A stretch of DNA of 64,000 nt from Candidatus Bathyarchaeota archaeon (lineage in GTDB: Archaea > Thermoproteota > Bathyarchaeia > Bathyarchaeales > DTEX01): assembly GCA_963714275.1 (NCBI GenBank), contig CAVQNT010000002.1, positions 256,001 to 320,000 on the forward strand, written 5' to 3'. The notes under the pieces were generated by a model. The model was given only the letters and a program-made list of their open reading frames with translations, was not told the origin of the DNA and made no database searches. How positions within the stretch are numbered: position 1 is the stretch's first letter; the number at the start of each line of letters is the position of its first letter. Of the stretch, positions 10,415-20,733 are shown piece by piece. Both the position numbers and the translations under genes were made by a program.

Positions 10415-11224
10415 TTGTTAAAGAAGATTATTTCTTATGAATTTAGTATCGAAGAGAACCTTGTTCCGGGAAATGTTTTTTCGGAGAAACTTCACAATAT
10501 GGAGCAGTACGGGTTTGAAGGAGTGGAAGTCTGGGGTAGAGACCTACCTCAAAAACTTGAAGAATTAAAATCGGCTCTAAGCACTTCAAAAGTGAAATTT
10601 TCCACAGTCTGTGCTGGTTATGGCGGAGACCTCTTAGGTCCAGACCGAAAGACAAGAGAGATCGCTATCGAAGGGTTGAAAGAAAAACTCAAGATCTGCG
10701 CTGATCTTGGCGGAGTCGGCGTCATAACTGTTCCGACTTTTAGGGATCCGAAAATCCCGGATCTTTACCCTTGGTATCCTGATGTGAAAGAGGTTGAGAA
10801 GCAGATTCTGATTGAGGAATGCAAGATCGTCGGTGAATATGCCGATGATGTTGGCGCATACGTGCTTTTGGAGCCTCTAAACCGGTACGAAACCCATTTC
10901 ATCAATAGACTTGATCAAGCTATTGAGGTATGTAAGGTCGCTGGGAAAGAACATGTAAAAATAATGGCTGATCTATTCCACATGAGTATCGAGGAGGAAG
11001 AAATCCCTTCCAGCATAGAGAAGGCAGCGGATTATGTTCTCCATGTCCACCTCGCTGACAGCAACCGTGTGCTTCCAGGGTACGGACACACCGACTTCAA
11101 ATCAGCCTTCCAAGCCTTAAGAAACATCGGATACAAAAATTTCATGGCTCTCGAATGCAGAGTTCCAGGCAACCCTCAGGAAGAATTGCCAAAATGTGTA
11201 AAGTATCTGAAACGTCTCACCTAA
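10415..11224 (+). CDS. sugar phosphate isomerase/epimerase (TIM barrel, AP endonuclease 2 family)
   Basis: LEPLNRYETH, DLFHM, HVHLADSNR..PG.GH, ALEC. Confidence 0.9.
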   Translation: MLKKIISYEFSIEENLVPGNVFSEKLHNMEQYGFEGVEVWGRDLPQKLEELKSALSTSKVKFSTVCAGYGGDLLGPDRKTREIAIEGLKEKLKICADLGGVGVITVPTFRDPKIPDLYPWYPDVKEVEKQILIEECKIVGEYADDVGAYVLLEPLNRYETHFINRLDQAIEVCKVAGKEHVKIMADLFHMSIEEEEIPSSIEKAADYVLHVHLADSNRVLPGYGHTDFKSAFQALRNIGYKNFMALECRVPGNPQEELPKCVKYLKRLT

Positions 11225-11243
11225 TGGAGCAGAGAGATACCTG

Positions 11244-12278
11244 ATGGCTGAAAAAGTTAGAGTAGGATTCGTTGGTTGTGGCGGAATCGCTGTTAACCAC
11301 CTCAAAAGCCTAGTTAAGAACCCACATGCACCACTTGTAGCCTTCTGCGACATTAATCTAGACCGTGCAGAGATGATTGCTAAGGAGTACGGAACAAAAG
11401 ACGCTGCAGTTTTCGACAAAGCTGAAAAGATGTTCAAAGATACTGCGCTTGACGCAACATATTTCTGCTTACCTCCTTTCGCTCACGGAACAGAATTGGA
11501 AGCGATTGAACGTGGCATACCGTTCTTCGTTGAGAAGCCTCTTAACCTCTATCTGGATCAGGCGAAGGAGATAGCCTCAGCTGTTGAGAAGAAGAAGGTT
11601 ATGACAAGCGTTGGCTACATGAATCGCTATAGGAGAGGCGTCCAGAAAGTAAGAGAACTGCTAAAAGATGACCCTCCAATCCTTGTGCTGGGCGGATGGA
11701 TTGGAAAGACTCCGCGCCTAGCTCCTGAGTCTGCAATCATGAAGTGGTGGATCATTAAGGAGAAGAGCGGCGGCCAATTCCACGAGCAGGTAACCCACAC
11801 AGTGGATCTAGCGCGTTTTTTATGCGGCGAAATATCTGAGGTACATGCCCTTCCAGCGGGGGGCTTCAATAAGGGTACACCGCCTAACTATGACATTGAA
11901 GATGCGAGTACAGTTAACATCAAGTTTGCGAGTGGAGCTGTGGGAAATCTTTGGGCTTCCTGTTCAGCCAACGGAGGCGGCGGAGGAGTAAGCTTAAACA
12001 TATACGCCAACAAAATAACAGCTCTCTTCTCAGGTTGGGACCACTCTTTACGCCTGCTTCGAGCCGTCCCTGAAGACCCAAGCGTAACTTTACTTCAGGA
12101 TGTCCCAGGTGAACCCAATATATTCGAAATAGAGGACAACGCATTCATCGACGCCGTTCGTTTAAAAGACGCTTCAAAAATACTATGTCCATACTCCGAC
12201 GGATTGAAAACCATTAAAGTCACACTCGCATCCAACAAATCAATAAAAACAGGAAAACCTGTCAAAATCCCCACATAA
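11244..12278 (+). CDS. Gfo/Idh/MocA family oxidoreductase
   Basis: GFVGCGGIA, EKP, VGYMNRY, GG...EQ.TH.VD. Confidence 0.9.
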   Translation: MAEKVRVGFVGCGGIAVNHLKSLVKNPHAPLVAFCDINLDRAEMIAKEYGTKDAAVFDKAEKMFKDTALDATYFCLPPFAHGTELEAIERGIPFFVEKPLNLYLDQAKEIASAVEKKKVMTSVGYMNRYRRGVQKVRELLKDDPPILVLGGWIGKTPRLAPESAIMKWWIIKEKSGGQFHEQVTHTVDLARFLCGEISEVHALPAGGFNKGTPPNYDIEDASTVNIKFASGAVGNLWASCSANGGGGGVSLNIYANKITALFSGWDHSLRLLRAVPEDPSVTLLQDVPGEPNIFEIEDNAFIDAVRLKDASKILCPYSDGLKTIKVTLASNKSIKTGKPVKIPT

Positions 12279-12463
12279 AATAAAAGGTTTCGCATAGGAT
12301 CTACAAGTCTATTATATAGAAAATATGGATATGATGACAGCTGAAGATAATAGCGCGCGCGAATAAAAATGATAATTGAATACAATAAAAAGCTAAAATT
12401 CAGAATATGAAATATAATATGAAAATTTAATAAATAAATAATAAGCGCACTAAGGTTATTAGG

Positions 12464-13929
12464 TTGTTAACCAAAAAAAAATTTTCTATTTTAGCCATTT
12501 TATTACTATTATTCACTCCTATTTTCTTCCCTAATTTTTCATCTGTAGTTTGTGATAATGAAGAAAAATATACTTATTATGGCATCATCCCGAATAAAAT
12601 ATACCAGTATGTCTTAAATGATACAAACAGACCTGAATTAGGGTATATTTTACAGCAGGCTGTAGATACAGTGAGAACAAAAATTTTAGTATCGATCACA
12701 GCGACTGAAGATGATACGAACGTGCGCGTCTACCGTTTTTTGGACAAAAACAATGTTAATCTGGTTAACCAAACCAATATAAATGCTATGGAGAAATTCT
12801 TTGTGCTTTTTCCTAACGGATCAATGTTCAAAGTTGTAACAGACAAGTACGCGTCTGTCATGATTCTCAATTTTCCAAACATACCGCCTAATTCAAGTCC
12901 AAACGTGAGAGATGCAATGCCGAACACCTATCAAGCCAGCATAAATGGCACATACATTGGTAAAGAATTTATTTTTATGGCTTCATGGGATCCGGGATCA
13001 TATCAATGGGAATCCTACAGAATTTTTGCAGTAGAAAAAGCAGACATAAAAGTAACAGATGAAAACGGTAACGAACAAAACTATTCGCTTGATGCCAATT
13101 CATACAAAGACATTTCGGTAGACACCTATGTATCCTACCGGGTTGAGTCAACGGGTAACATTATGATTCAACTAAAGAGAGTCAAGGGAGAGGAAACTCT
13201 CGTATCTACTATTTTGTGCCTTCTGCTGAAGGAGGATTTGTAGGAAAAACATTCTTTACAACTTCTACAACTGATTGGGACTCAATAGAAGATTATGGGT
13301 TCCATATCTCTGTAACACAGGATTCTAAAATTACAATTTGGGACTTGGATACAAAGGGAAAAATTATAGATTCCTCGGTAAAAGGTGGAGAAGGAATAGT
13401 CGTTCAGCCAAAAGCAAATGCGATTTTGGTGCAAAGTACTGAACCAATCACTTTAGAGTGGCTGGCTAATGGAACCACAACTAGACTAGGAGGAGACGCA
13501 TATGGAGGAGGGATTGCTTACATTGGTGTTAAACCAAACGAGGAAACTCCATTTTTCCTTTCAACAAACTCTACTATTGAAGCTTACATCTTCGCCTTTA
13601 AACAGACAATGGTCTCTTTAGATGATAGTTCGGTATCGATAGATGCGGGATCATATTTTGTTTTAACTACCCCAGGAGCCCACATAATCAGTTCCGACCA
13701 GAATATTGTTATTGAAATTCTAAGTTGGCCGCTTTACCCGAATTTTCAGGGTCTTAATTTTGGAGGAGTCCAGATACCCAGCGTTCAAACAGTGGATATA
13801 GTTGTTGACGTGACATTGACTCCTCTTGGAGAAGGGTTCCCAATAACGTATATAATCATAGGAGCTGCAGCTGCTGCAATATGCGTAATCGTGGCTTTCA
13901 TTTTCATAAGAGACCGAGGCAAAAAATAG
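12464..13929 (+). CDS. secreted, C-terminally anchored surface protein (split by a frameshift near 13200)
   Basis: N-terminal signal, beta-rich body, C-terminal TM plus basic tail; ORFs 12464..13243 and 13216..13929 overlap. Confidence 0.65.
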
Positions 13930-14191
13930 CATCGAGCAGTATTATTTCACACAAAAAACAAAAAATGAACGAATACAAACTAAGAATCTTCTTTTTTTCT
14001 TCATCGTAGTTTTTTCGGTCCAATCATATTTATGTTATATTTTTACCTTCTATGGGCATCAATCATAATAACAGCCTTAGGAGCAATAACAGACTATATC
14101 TCAGAAGCTCATTACGCATCTAACCCGCCAAAACAGGCTCTAACTGTTAGCTCACTGCGTTTGTGAGTTTAGAGGGGTTTGGGTTAGGGCT

Positions 14192-15067
14192 TTACTGTAT
14201 ATTCTCACGAAGTCGTATTCTTCTGTTACTTGTGTTATTCCCAGTTTTTCGAGTTCGTCTGTGACTTTTCCTCGGCTTGTTATGAGGAATCTCCATTGTG
14301 TCGCCTTTCAGTGAAACTTCTCTGACCTCCGGTATAGACCTAAGTTTTGTCAACGTGCGTGCCATGTTCAGGTCTTTTGTTGGAAAGGACAGTTTGATTA
14401 GCCCAAGTTCTTCCGCGATTTTTTCCATGCTGCCCCATCTTTTTACTTCGCCGTTCATGAAGAAGTATGCGTGGTCAGCTTTCAGTGGCATTTCAGCCAG
14501 GAGGTGGGTTGACAGTATCAGTGAGCATCCTGCGTGGACTTTTTCTGTTAATTTTTCGTACAGTTTCTGTTGGCTTATTGAGTCCAGTCCCCGTGTTGGT
14601 TCGTCGAGTATCAGCATTTCAGGTTCGCCCAGCAGAGCTGCTGTTAAAACGAGTCTTTGGTACATTCCTGTCGAATATCCGTCAATTGTTCTGTCAACGT
14701 AGCTGCTTATGTCGAACAGGTTTAAGCCGTCTTTTAGGTCTGTTTCTGACAGTTTTTCGAGCTTCGCGTAGTATCTTAGGACTTCTATGCCTTTAGCCCA
14801 TTTCGGTAGCGCGTGGTTTTCGAGTTGGACTCCCACTTTCTGCATGAGTTTGACTCTGTCTTGCCACGGGTTCAGGTTCATGAGTTCGATTTTACCGTTT
14901 GAGGGTTTGATGAGTCCGCTCATGATTTTGATTAGTGTCGACTTGCCTGAGCCGTTTGGTCCCAGAAACAGGTTTAGCCCTTCATACAGGTTGATCGTCA
15001 CGTTTTTTAGTGCGTCTACGGGTCCGTATCTCTTGTTCAGGCTTTCAGTGTGTCCTACTTCTTTCAA
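14192..15067 (-). CDS. ABC transporter ATP-binding protein
   Basis: GPNGSGKS, YSTGM, LILDEP, STH. Confidence 0.9.
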   Translation of the reverse strand: MKEVGHTESLNKRYGPVDALKNVTINLYEGLNLFLGPNGSGKSTLIKIMSGLIKPSNGKIELMNLNPWQDRVKLMQKVGVQLENHALPKWAKGIEVLRYYAKLEKLSETDLKDGLNLFDISSYVDRTIDGYSTGMYQRLVLTAALLGEPEMLILDEPTRGLDSISQQKLYEKLTEKVHAGCSLILSTHLLAEMPLKADHAYFFMNGEVKRWGSMEKIAEELGLIKLSFPTKDLNMARTLTKLRSIPEVREVSLKGDTMEIPHNKPRKSHRRTRKTGNNTSNRRIRLRENIQ

Positions 15068-15557
15068 TAAATCTCATCCCTATGTCGAGGATTATGGTTG
15101 CAATCATGAAAACGAAGCTTGTGGCAACAGCTGGGACGATTATGTCTTCTTCGAGCTCTATGCCTTTCCAGCTTATGGTGAAACTGAATTGTGCCTCGTT
15201 TGGGTACGTGCTTGTTACGTTCACTGTGTAGAATCCTCTGTTTGATGGCGTGAAATCCAACGAGATTGATTGCCCCAATTGTCTTTCAAGGTTGAAGTCT
15301 CCGTACATGGATTTGATGGTTAACAAGCCTTCGAAATTGTCGTCTGTGGTTTGAAAAGAGATGTGGTATTCTTGAGTGGTGAAGTACCAGACATTAACCA
15401 TTTGCCCGTAAGGCAACATAGAACCTGTGCTTTGACCGCGGGAACCTACGCCGACAGCATCTCTAAGATAGGTGGCTGAAGCTATTGCCAGAGATGTTAA
15501 GGCTACAGCAAGTGTGAGAAACTTAAGAAACGAAAAGGTAAAGTTTCGTTTACTCAT
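15045..15557 (-). CDS. membrane-anchored hypothetical protein (ABC operon)
   Basis: N- and C-terminal TM segments; overlaps neighbours. Confidence 0.65.
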   Translation of the reverse strand: MSKRNFTFSFLKFLTLAVALTSLAIASATYLRDAVGVGSRGQSTGSMLPYGQMVNVWYFTTQEYHISFQTTDDNFEGLLTIKSMYGDFNLERQLGQSISLDFTPSNRGFYTVNVTSTYPNEAQFSFTISWKGIELEEDIIVPAVATSFVFMIATIILDIGMRFIERSRTH

Positions 15558-16335
15558 ATTCCGTCATCCTCCCAAAGACTAGCCATGATAAAGCCAAGAG
15601 AACAAAGGAAGCGAGAATAACATTCAAGACTGTTCCAAAAACAAGCGGCTGTTGCCAAAATATGCTGGTCACGTTAGGGGTTAAGGTATATAGAATGCTC
15701 CACGGGGGAAGAGTTGTCCTTAGTGAAGTGGCTACTGTTTCTATGTATTCCAACATGTAGAGTATTGCGATTGAGATGCCTGCGGAAATAGATGTTTTCT
15801 TGATTATTATGGACAAAAAGGTTGCCAAAGAAATGATTACGAGGAACATGGCAAAGTAGTGCAAGTCCACAATGACCATTGACGGCAACATCTCTGGGAC
15901 GCTTAGAACGTCAATGAAGGCTTTAGGCTCCAACAGGACTAGATATATGGTCGAACCCACTATGAAAACCAGCGTTGCTGTAATGATTAGGTATGCAAGT
16001 TTTGCCAGAAAGACCGTTGTCTTTTTTACCGGCTTAAGCATCAGGCTTCTGAGAATTCCTGTCTCATGCTCATAAGAAAACACCACAGAGGTGAGTAGGA
16101 CTAGTAAGGGCGATACGAAACGGTAAATGTATATGAACGGGTCCGTTATTGTCCTGATTGAGCCGAGACAAACGAGTTTTCTTGTCCACGTTTCATCCCA
16201 TGCTACAGAACCGGTAAGTCCCAGGTTGATATCTTTAAACTGTAATGAGAAGATAAGCAGTACGTATATGGCTAAAACAAGCCAGAGTCTGTTTCTGTCC
16301 TTGAGCTCCCAAGAGAGGACGGTTAGGAACGACGT
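15550..16335 (-). CDS. ABC-2 type transporter permease
   Basis: E.ETG.LRSLMLKPVKK..VFLAK motif; frame open upstream to ~16335. Confidence 0.8.
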   Translation of the reverse strand, partial: TSFLTVLSWELKDRNRLWLVLAIYVLLIFSLQFKDINLGLTGSVAWDETWTRKLVCLGSIRTITDPFIYIYRFVSPLLVLLTSVVFSYEHETGILRSLMLKPVKKTTVFLAKLAYLIITATLVFIVGSTIYLVLLEPKAFIDVLSVPEMLPSMVIVDLHYFAMFLVIISLATFLSIIIKKTSISAGISIAILYMLEYIETVATSLRTTLPPWSILYTLTPNVTSIFWQQPLVFGTVLNVILASFVLLALSWLVFGRMTEYE

Positions 16336-17213
16336 TTAGACAACCTCTTAACGTAAATGTAGTAGACCAAAGGCAACAACGCGACCACAACGATCAACAA
16401 AGGAATGTACCACGGAAAACCGCTTCCGCCGCCACCAACAGTTGGCTTATCACTGCCCCTCAAAATGTTAGTGTCAAAAATAATCAAGGAACCAACGATC
16501 CAGCCAACCTTCTCCCGAGAATACTCGGACTTTACATCACCAAGATTCTTCCTGCACAGTATGATGCCAAACTTTTTTGTGAGAATGTCATCAGCATACC
16601 GATCAAGGGGGAATAACAGCAAGCCCTTTTCAACGTGATAATCGTATTGAAAACTCAGCGTGAAACCAATACCAACATTGCCGCCTATTTTCCCTTGAGA
16701 GAGCTCCAATGTATTAAGATCAACAAACGTCTGGTTTGGTCTTTGGCCAAACGCGGCGTTAATGAAGTCGAATTCGTTGAAGTACCCTATGGGCGTAAGG
16801 AAGGAGTGAGTAGGAGCATATATTCCGTATAGTGGTTGGACTTCACTCAATATCAATACATTGTCCCAAGTAATCTTAGTGCCTAAGAAGTCGTAGAAAG
16901 CTGTTACGCTTGTATTTGCCTCTCGAGGATAAATCCAGAACGGGCACTTGCCCCAAACCACTTCGGTGTCTCTGTCGACGAGGTCCCTAGTTTCTAGGTT
17001 AACCCAAACCGTGCATGATAGGCTTGACGTATTGAACAGGATGGGCAGCACGGTGCTTTCGTTGAGACTAACCTTTAGAAGGGCATAATTGCTGTCAACC
17101 TCAACCACGCTGAAACCATAACGAGCAACAGTAGTTTCGTTTGGAAATACCCCCCCTACAAGCACAAGACAAGTTTCATTCAACCTCACAACGCCACTCA
17201 TAATAAGACTCAT
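16323..17213 (-). CDS. C-terminally anchored extracellular hypothetical protein
   Basis: GGGGSG linker plus TM plus basic tail. Confidence 0.6.
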   Translation of the reverse strand: MSLIMSGVVRLNETCLVLVGGVFPNETTVARYGFSVVEVDSNYALLKVSLNESTVLPILFNTSSLSCTVWVNLETRDLVDRDTEVVWGKCPFWIYPREANTSVTAFYDFLGTKITWDNVLILSEVQPLYGIYAPTHSFLTPIGYFNEFDFINAAFGQRPNQTFVDLNTLELSQGKIGGNVGIGFTLSFQYDYHVEKGLLLFPLDRYADDILTKKFGIILCRKNLGDVKSEYSREKVGWIVGSLIIFDTNILRGSDKPTVGGGGSGFPWYIPLLIVVVALLPLVYYIYVKRLSKRRS

Positions 17214-17360
17214 ATACTGCGTAAGAACCCGGCGTCAACCAATCAAGCTCGCCACAAACAACAGAACCTCTACAAACCAATAGAATTAATGACAGAAAAA
17301 GAAGGGGATAGTAAAGATTTTTATTCATATTTTCTCGGCCTCATTTTTCTAGCTCATCGG

Positions 17361-17755
17361 TTAAGGATTCTTCAAAGCTTTGTAGAGAAGATACGAAACT
17401 ATAGCTGAAAGAAATGTTTCTAAGCCAACAACAAGAGCAGCTCGCTCTAAAACCTCCATGATATTATTGGCAACCCAAATTAAAGCAGGACTCGATGCTA
17501 CACCAACCCAAACAAAAGTAGGAGTCGGAGATACTTCAATTATAGTATTATTGACCATGTCCCAGACAATAGCCTGACTGGGGAAAGTCCCGTAATCTCT
17601 TCATTTGTTGTCGGTGCTAACTCATAATGTCCTAGAATATAATCGTGGAAAAACGGGGAAAGAACAAGGTTCACTTGAAACCACAACATCAACAGAATAA
17701 ATGGCACAACAAAAAACCAACGATCCCTCAACCACATCCCCCTTACCCTTAACAA
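17361..17755 (-). CDS. small membrane protein, paralogue of 7149-7433 (frameshift near 17555)
   Basis: Two overlapping ORFs matching the N and C halves of 7149..7433. Confidence 0.65.
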
Positions 17756-17863
17756 CCAAATCTTGGAGACCCTGCCTTATAAAATATTGCACAAAAATGG
17801 CAGAATGTGTCTGGTTTTCTAGGTAGTTAACCGTTCATTGAGCCTTTTTATTAGTCAGCTATA

Positions 17864-17960
17864 GATTCTATGACTCTTACTTTAAGATAAAGACTTTAAG
17901 ATGCAGAATCATAGAGTCCTAATTATAGATTATTTCGTGAAAATAAGTTAAATATAGTCT
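17864..17960 (+). promoter_or_regulatory. putative promoter/operator of the virus-like operon
   Basis: Imperfect 14-bp inverted repeat (17864-17877 / 17905-17918) around actttaagat x2; TTAAATA box at 17948, ~25 nt before ATG 17978. Confidence 0.45.
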
Positions 17961-17977
17961 TTTTAACATAGTTTGTT

Positions 17978-18325
17978 ATGCCTTACTGCGACAGTGACGA
18001 TGTTCGCCTTGTTTGTGGAGTCGCAGAGAACGTTATCAGCAGCGGAGACATCGGCGGTTTAATTGTTTTTAGTGATCAGGAAATTGATGACAAGATAGGA
18101 AGCAGCTTCGGGGAATCTGTGCCTACACGGATCACTCGCCTTTCTGCTCTTTTGACGTCTATCCAGATTTACAGTCGTCCAGATTTTCGTTTCCGCCTTG
18201 GAAAAGCTGGCGTTGACGAACAAACAATAGAAAAGAATCTTGACCGTTGGCAGGCTGAAGCAGACGAGATTTTCGATTTTTACAGCGAGACTGATGAGGG
18301 AGCTTTCAGGGTGGTTCAGGCTTGA
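17978..18325 (+). CDS. head-tail adaptor-like protein (gp6/gp36-like)
   Basis: MPYCDSDDVR start, ..EIDDKIG...VPTRI.RLSALL helical pattern; position in operon. Confidence 0.6.
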   Translation: MPYCDSDDVRLVCGVAENVISSGDIGGLIVFSDQEIDDKIGSSFGESVPTRITRLSALLTSIQIYSRPDFRFRLGKAGVDEQTIEKNLDRWQAEADEIFDFYSETDEGAFRVVQA

Positions 18326-18777
18326 CAGATCTTTCAGAAATTAAACAGGAGATTGTTGACATCCTCGTTGTTGATACAGAGCTTATGGAGCTTCTCGGTG
18401 AGGATCCTGCTGGAGACGTGCCTGTTTATAATGGTTGGCAGTTAGGTAAGCATCCGGTTCTTCCAAGTGTCACCGTAACTGATAGTGCTGATGTTGGAGA
18501 AATTTCTGGGCTTGGTGATGGCTTTGATGGAACAACAGTTTACGAATGGTCTTACACGGTGATCCAGATTGACGTGTGGGCTGCTAACGAAGCCTCGAGG
18601 GATGCTATTAGCGCTCAGGTCCGTAAAGCCTTGCTTAAGGCAGCTGTTGGCTTGTCAGGTTTAGGGATAGCGTTTTTGTCTTCTAACATTGTCCCGGTAA
18701 ATGAAGCTAATGAATTGATTTTCCGTCATTGTATCCGCTACACTGTTTTTTATCAGTTGGAGGTTTCGCTGGAATGA
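18322..18777 (+). CDS. tail terminator/completion protein-like
   Basis: LPSVTV...IQIDVWA....RD.I...VRKAL pattern. Confidence 0.7.
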   Translation: MTDLSEIKQEIVDILVVDTELMELLGEDPAGDVPVYNGWQLGKHPVLPSVTVTDSADVGEISGLGDGFDGTTVYEWSYTVIQIDVWAANEASRDAISAQVRKALLKAAVGLSGLGIAFLSSNIVPVNEANELIFRHCIRYTVFYQLEVSLE

Positions 18778-18914
18778 GGAACCTTATTCGGGCGTCTTTG
18801 CTTGGCGGCTTATTCATTCTTGAGCCTAAGATTGCGTTGATCGCAACTGCTGGCGTGTCATCAAGATTATTGATTAGAAATTGGAGGAGGCGAAAACTTG
18901 GAAACAAAAAATAA
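18774..18914 (+). CDS. small hydrophobic/basic peptide
   Basis: ATGA-coupled 46-aa ORF MRNLIRASLLGG...WRRRKLGNKK. Confidence 0.4.
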   Translation: MRNLIRASLLGGLFILEPKIALIATAGVSSRLLIRNWRRRKLGNKK

Positions 18915-19347
18915 GGTTGTAGCTGCTTTGCTACTAATCACCTTACTTTCATGTGTTGCAGCTGGCGTTTATGCTGCTGCTGTTTATCAGGCTACTATAA
19001 CTGGCACGGGAAAAATTGTTTCTTTAAACATCGCTGTTTACAGTGATAGTGCTTGCACAGTTAAGTTGTCTTCGATTGATTGGGGAAGCCTATCTCCCGG
19101 ACAAACTAAAACGGTTACTTGTTACGTGAAAAGCATGTCAACCGTTAATTCTACTCTTTCATTGTCAACTGGAAGCTGGAACCCGTCTTCAACGTCAACT
19201 TATGTCACTCTTTCATGGGATCATGCTGGATACAAGATTAAACCGAACGAAGTTCTCACTGTAATTTTTACTTTAACTGTTAGCCAGTCAATCACGGGGA
19301 TCTCAACTTTCAGTTTCACAATAACGATAACGGCGACGGAGGCTTAA
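18898..19347 (+). CDS. secreted beta-sandwich protein (TasA/camelysin-like pattern)
   Basis: Signal peptide ending GVYA; IDWGSLSPGQTKT..YVKS; Ser/Thr-rich beta strands. Confidence 0.6.
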   Translation: METKNKVVAALLLITLLSCVAAGVYAAAVYQATITGTGKIVSLNIAVYSDSACTVKLSSIDWGSLSPGQTKTVTCYVKSMSTVNSTLSLSTGSWNPSSTSTYVTLSWDHAGYKIKPNEVLTVIFTLTVSQSITGISTFSFTITITATEA

Positions 19348-19727
19348 TGAAAATGTTAGGCGCTTTTGATAATCCCCAAACTATCGCTGCGGTTCTCGGC
19401 TTCAGCTTCGGATTCCTTTACGGTGAAGCTTTCAGCAAATTTGATCAAGCAGTAAAATACGAGAACACTTGGTATGAAACCCTTAATCCCGTGCTCAAGT
19501 GGTTCATAGCCAGCCTTCTTGACGCTAACCACCATTTTCAATATGGGCTTGTTTTGATGTTGCTTACGTATCTCTATTCTTTGCCTCCGTTATGGCCGTT
19601 GATTTTGTGGTGGGCTGGAGCCGGTCTTGTTGTAAGCGACTTGAAAGACTACCAGTATGTTCTCGAAAGAATGGGGTTAGTGAAAGATCTCGGATCACAG
19701 ATATCAAATCAAGATCAAAAAAAGTAA
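19347..19727 (+). CDS. multi-TM membrane protein
   Basis: 3-4 hydrophobic segments, DANHHFQYG. Confidence 0.65.
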   Translation: MKMLGAFDNPQTIAAVLGFSFGFLYGEAFSKFDQAVKYENTWYETLNPVLKWFIASLLDANHHFQYGLVLMLLTYLYSLPPLWPLILWWAGAGLVVSDLKDYQYVLERMGLVKDLGSQISNQDQKK

Positions 19728-19745
19728 TGGAGGAAAAAAAGGAAA

Positions 19746-20166
19746 ATGCCAGTCTATGTCGGAAAAAACGTCTACGTGTTCATCACAGCAGACACCAGTG
19801 GAGACATGGGCGCTTTCGTTGCCCAGGAAGTTACGATTGAGCCTAAACAGGCTGTTGAAGGCTTGGACGCTCTTGGATCTGACACGATCGAAGAATGGGC
19901 TGCTGGACTAAAAACTTACGAAGGAACAATTAGGGAACCATTGAAAGTTGGAGACGACGGAGAAACTCAGCCTCGCAAGAATGTCAGCCTTGCAGGAAGA
20001 TCTCACAGAATATGATATGCAGCTGAAATTCAACAACCCAAGCGGAGACATTAGCATCAGCTTTACAGGCGTGATCTTTCCTGACGTTTCTGTTTCTGCA
20101 CCAAAGAACAAACCGGCAATAGTATCGACAAGGTTCAAAGCGAAAACCGCTGCTGTCGACACTTAA
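19746..20166 (+). CDS. tail tube protein (frameshift near 19970)
   Basis: YVGKNV...QEVTIE...ALGS...GLKTYEGTI...FTGVIF...FKAK tube-like pattern; upstream of chaperones. Confidence 0.7.
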
Positions 20167-20188
20167 GAGAATTCTCTTTTAGGAGAAT

Positions 20189-20524
20189 ATGCACTTGGAG
20201 AAAACACTGTCTTTCAATGAAGTCTTAACTAAAATTGAAACTATACGGAAACACAGCGTCTATGTTGAAGAGCTTGGCGGATCTATCCCTTATTGCGACT
20301 TGACTGTTGAGGACTTTATTGAAATCACCAAAAACAAAAACGAAGACAACACTGAGCTCAACGTTAAGATCTTCTTTAAGGCATGGCACCACGCAGACCC
20401 GAAGGTAACGCTTGAGGCAGTGAGAACTAAGATTCCTTTGCCTATAGTCCTAAAAATCGTTAAGGAAATTGTGCCAGGGCTTGTTCAAACAGTCCCTTTA
20501 GGGAATTCGCCAGGTCCGAAATAG
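20189..20524 (+). CDS. tail assembly chaperone (gpG-like)
   Basis: Position between tube and tape measure; slippery heptamer near its 3' end. Confidence 0.65.
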   Translation: MHLEKTLSFNEVLTKIETIRKHSVYVEELGGSIPYCDLTVEDFIEITKNKNEDNTELNVKIFFKAWHHADPKVTLEAVRTKIPLPIVLKIVKEIVPGLVQTVPLGNSPGPK

Positions 20525-20733
20525 GCAGACGAATTTACTTGCTCAAGCGTCTCGGTTTCAGTGTTTCGCAGATCCTTAGGATGCCGTGGAGCCAAGCGAC
20601 GTTCTGGATGGAAGCAATAGCCTACGACAATGAGCTTTGGACTTCTCGAGACGTCTCTGGAAGCCAAGAGAATTCCGAAGAAGCCTACGATCTAAACAAC
20701 TTCGCAAGGACTCTACCGAAAGCAAAGAGATGA
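20494..20733 (+). CDS. -1 frame extension of the chaperone (gpGT-like)
   Basis: C CCT TTA at 20494-20500 opens into PFREFARSEIGRRIYLLKRLG...MPWSQATFWMEA. Confidence 0.6.
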   Translation, partial: PFREFARSEIGRRIYLLKRLGFSVSQILRMPWSQATFWMEAIAYDNELWTSRDVSGSQENSEEAYDLNNFARTLPKAKR

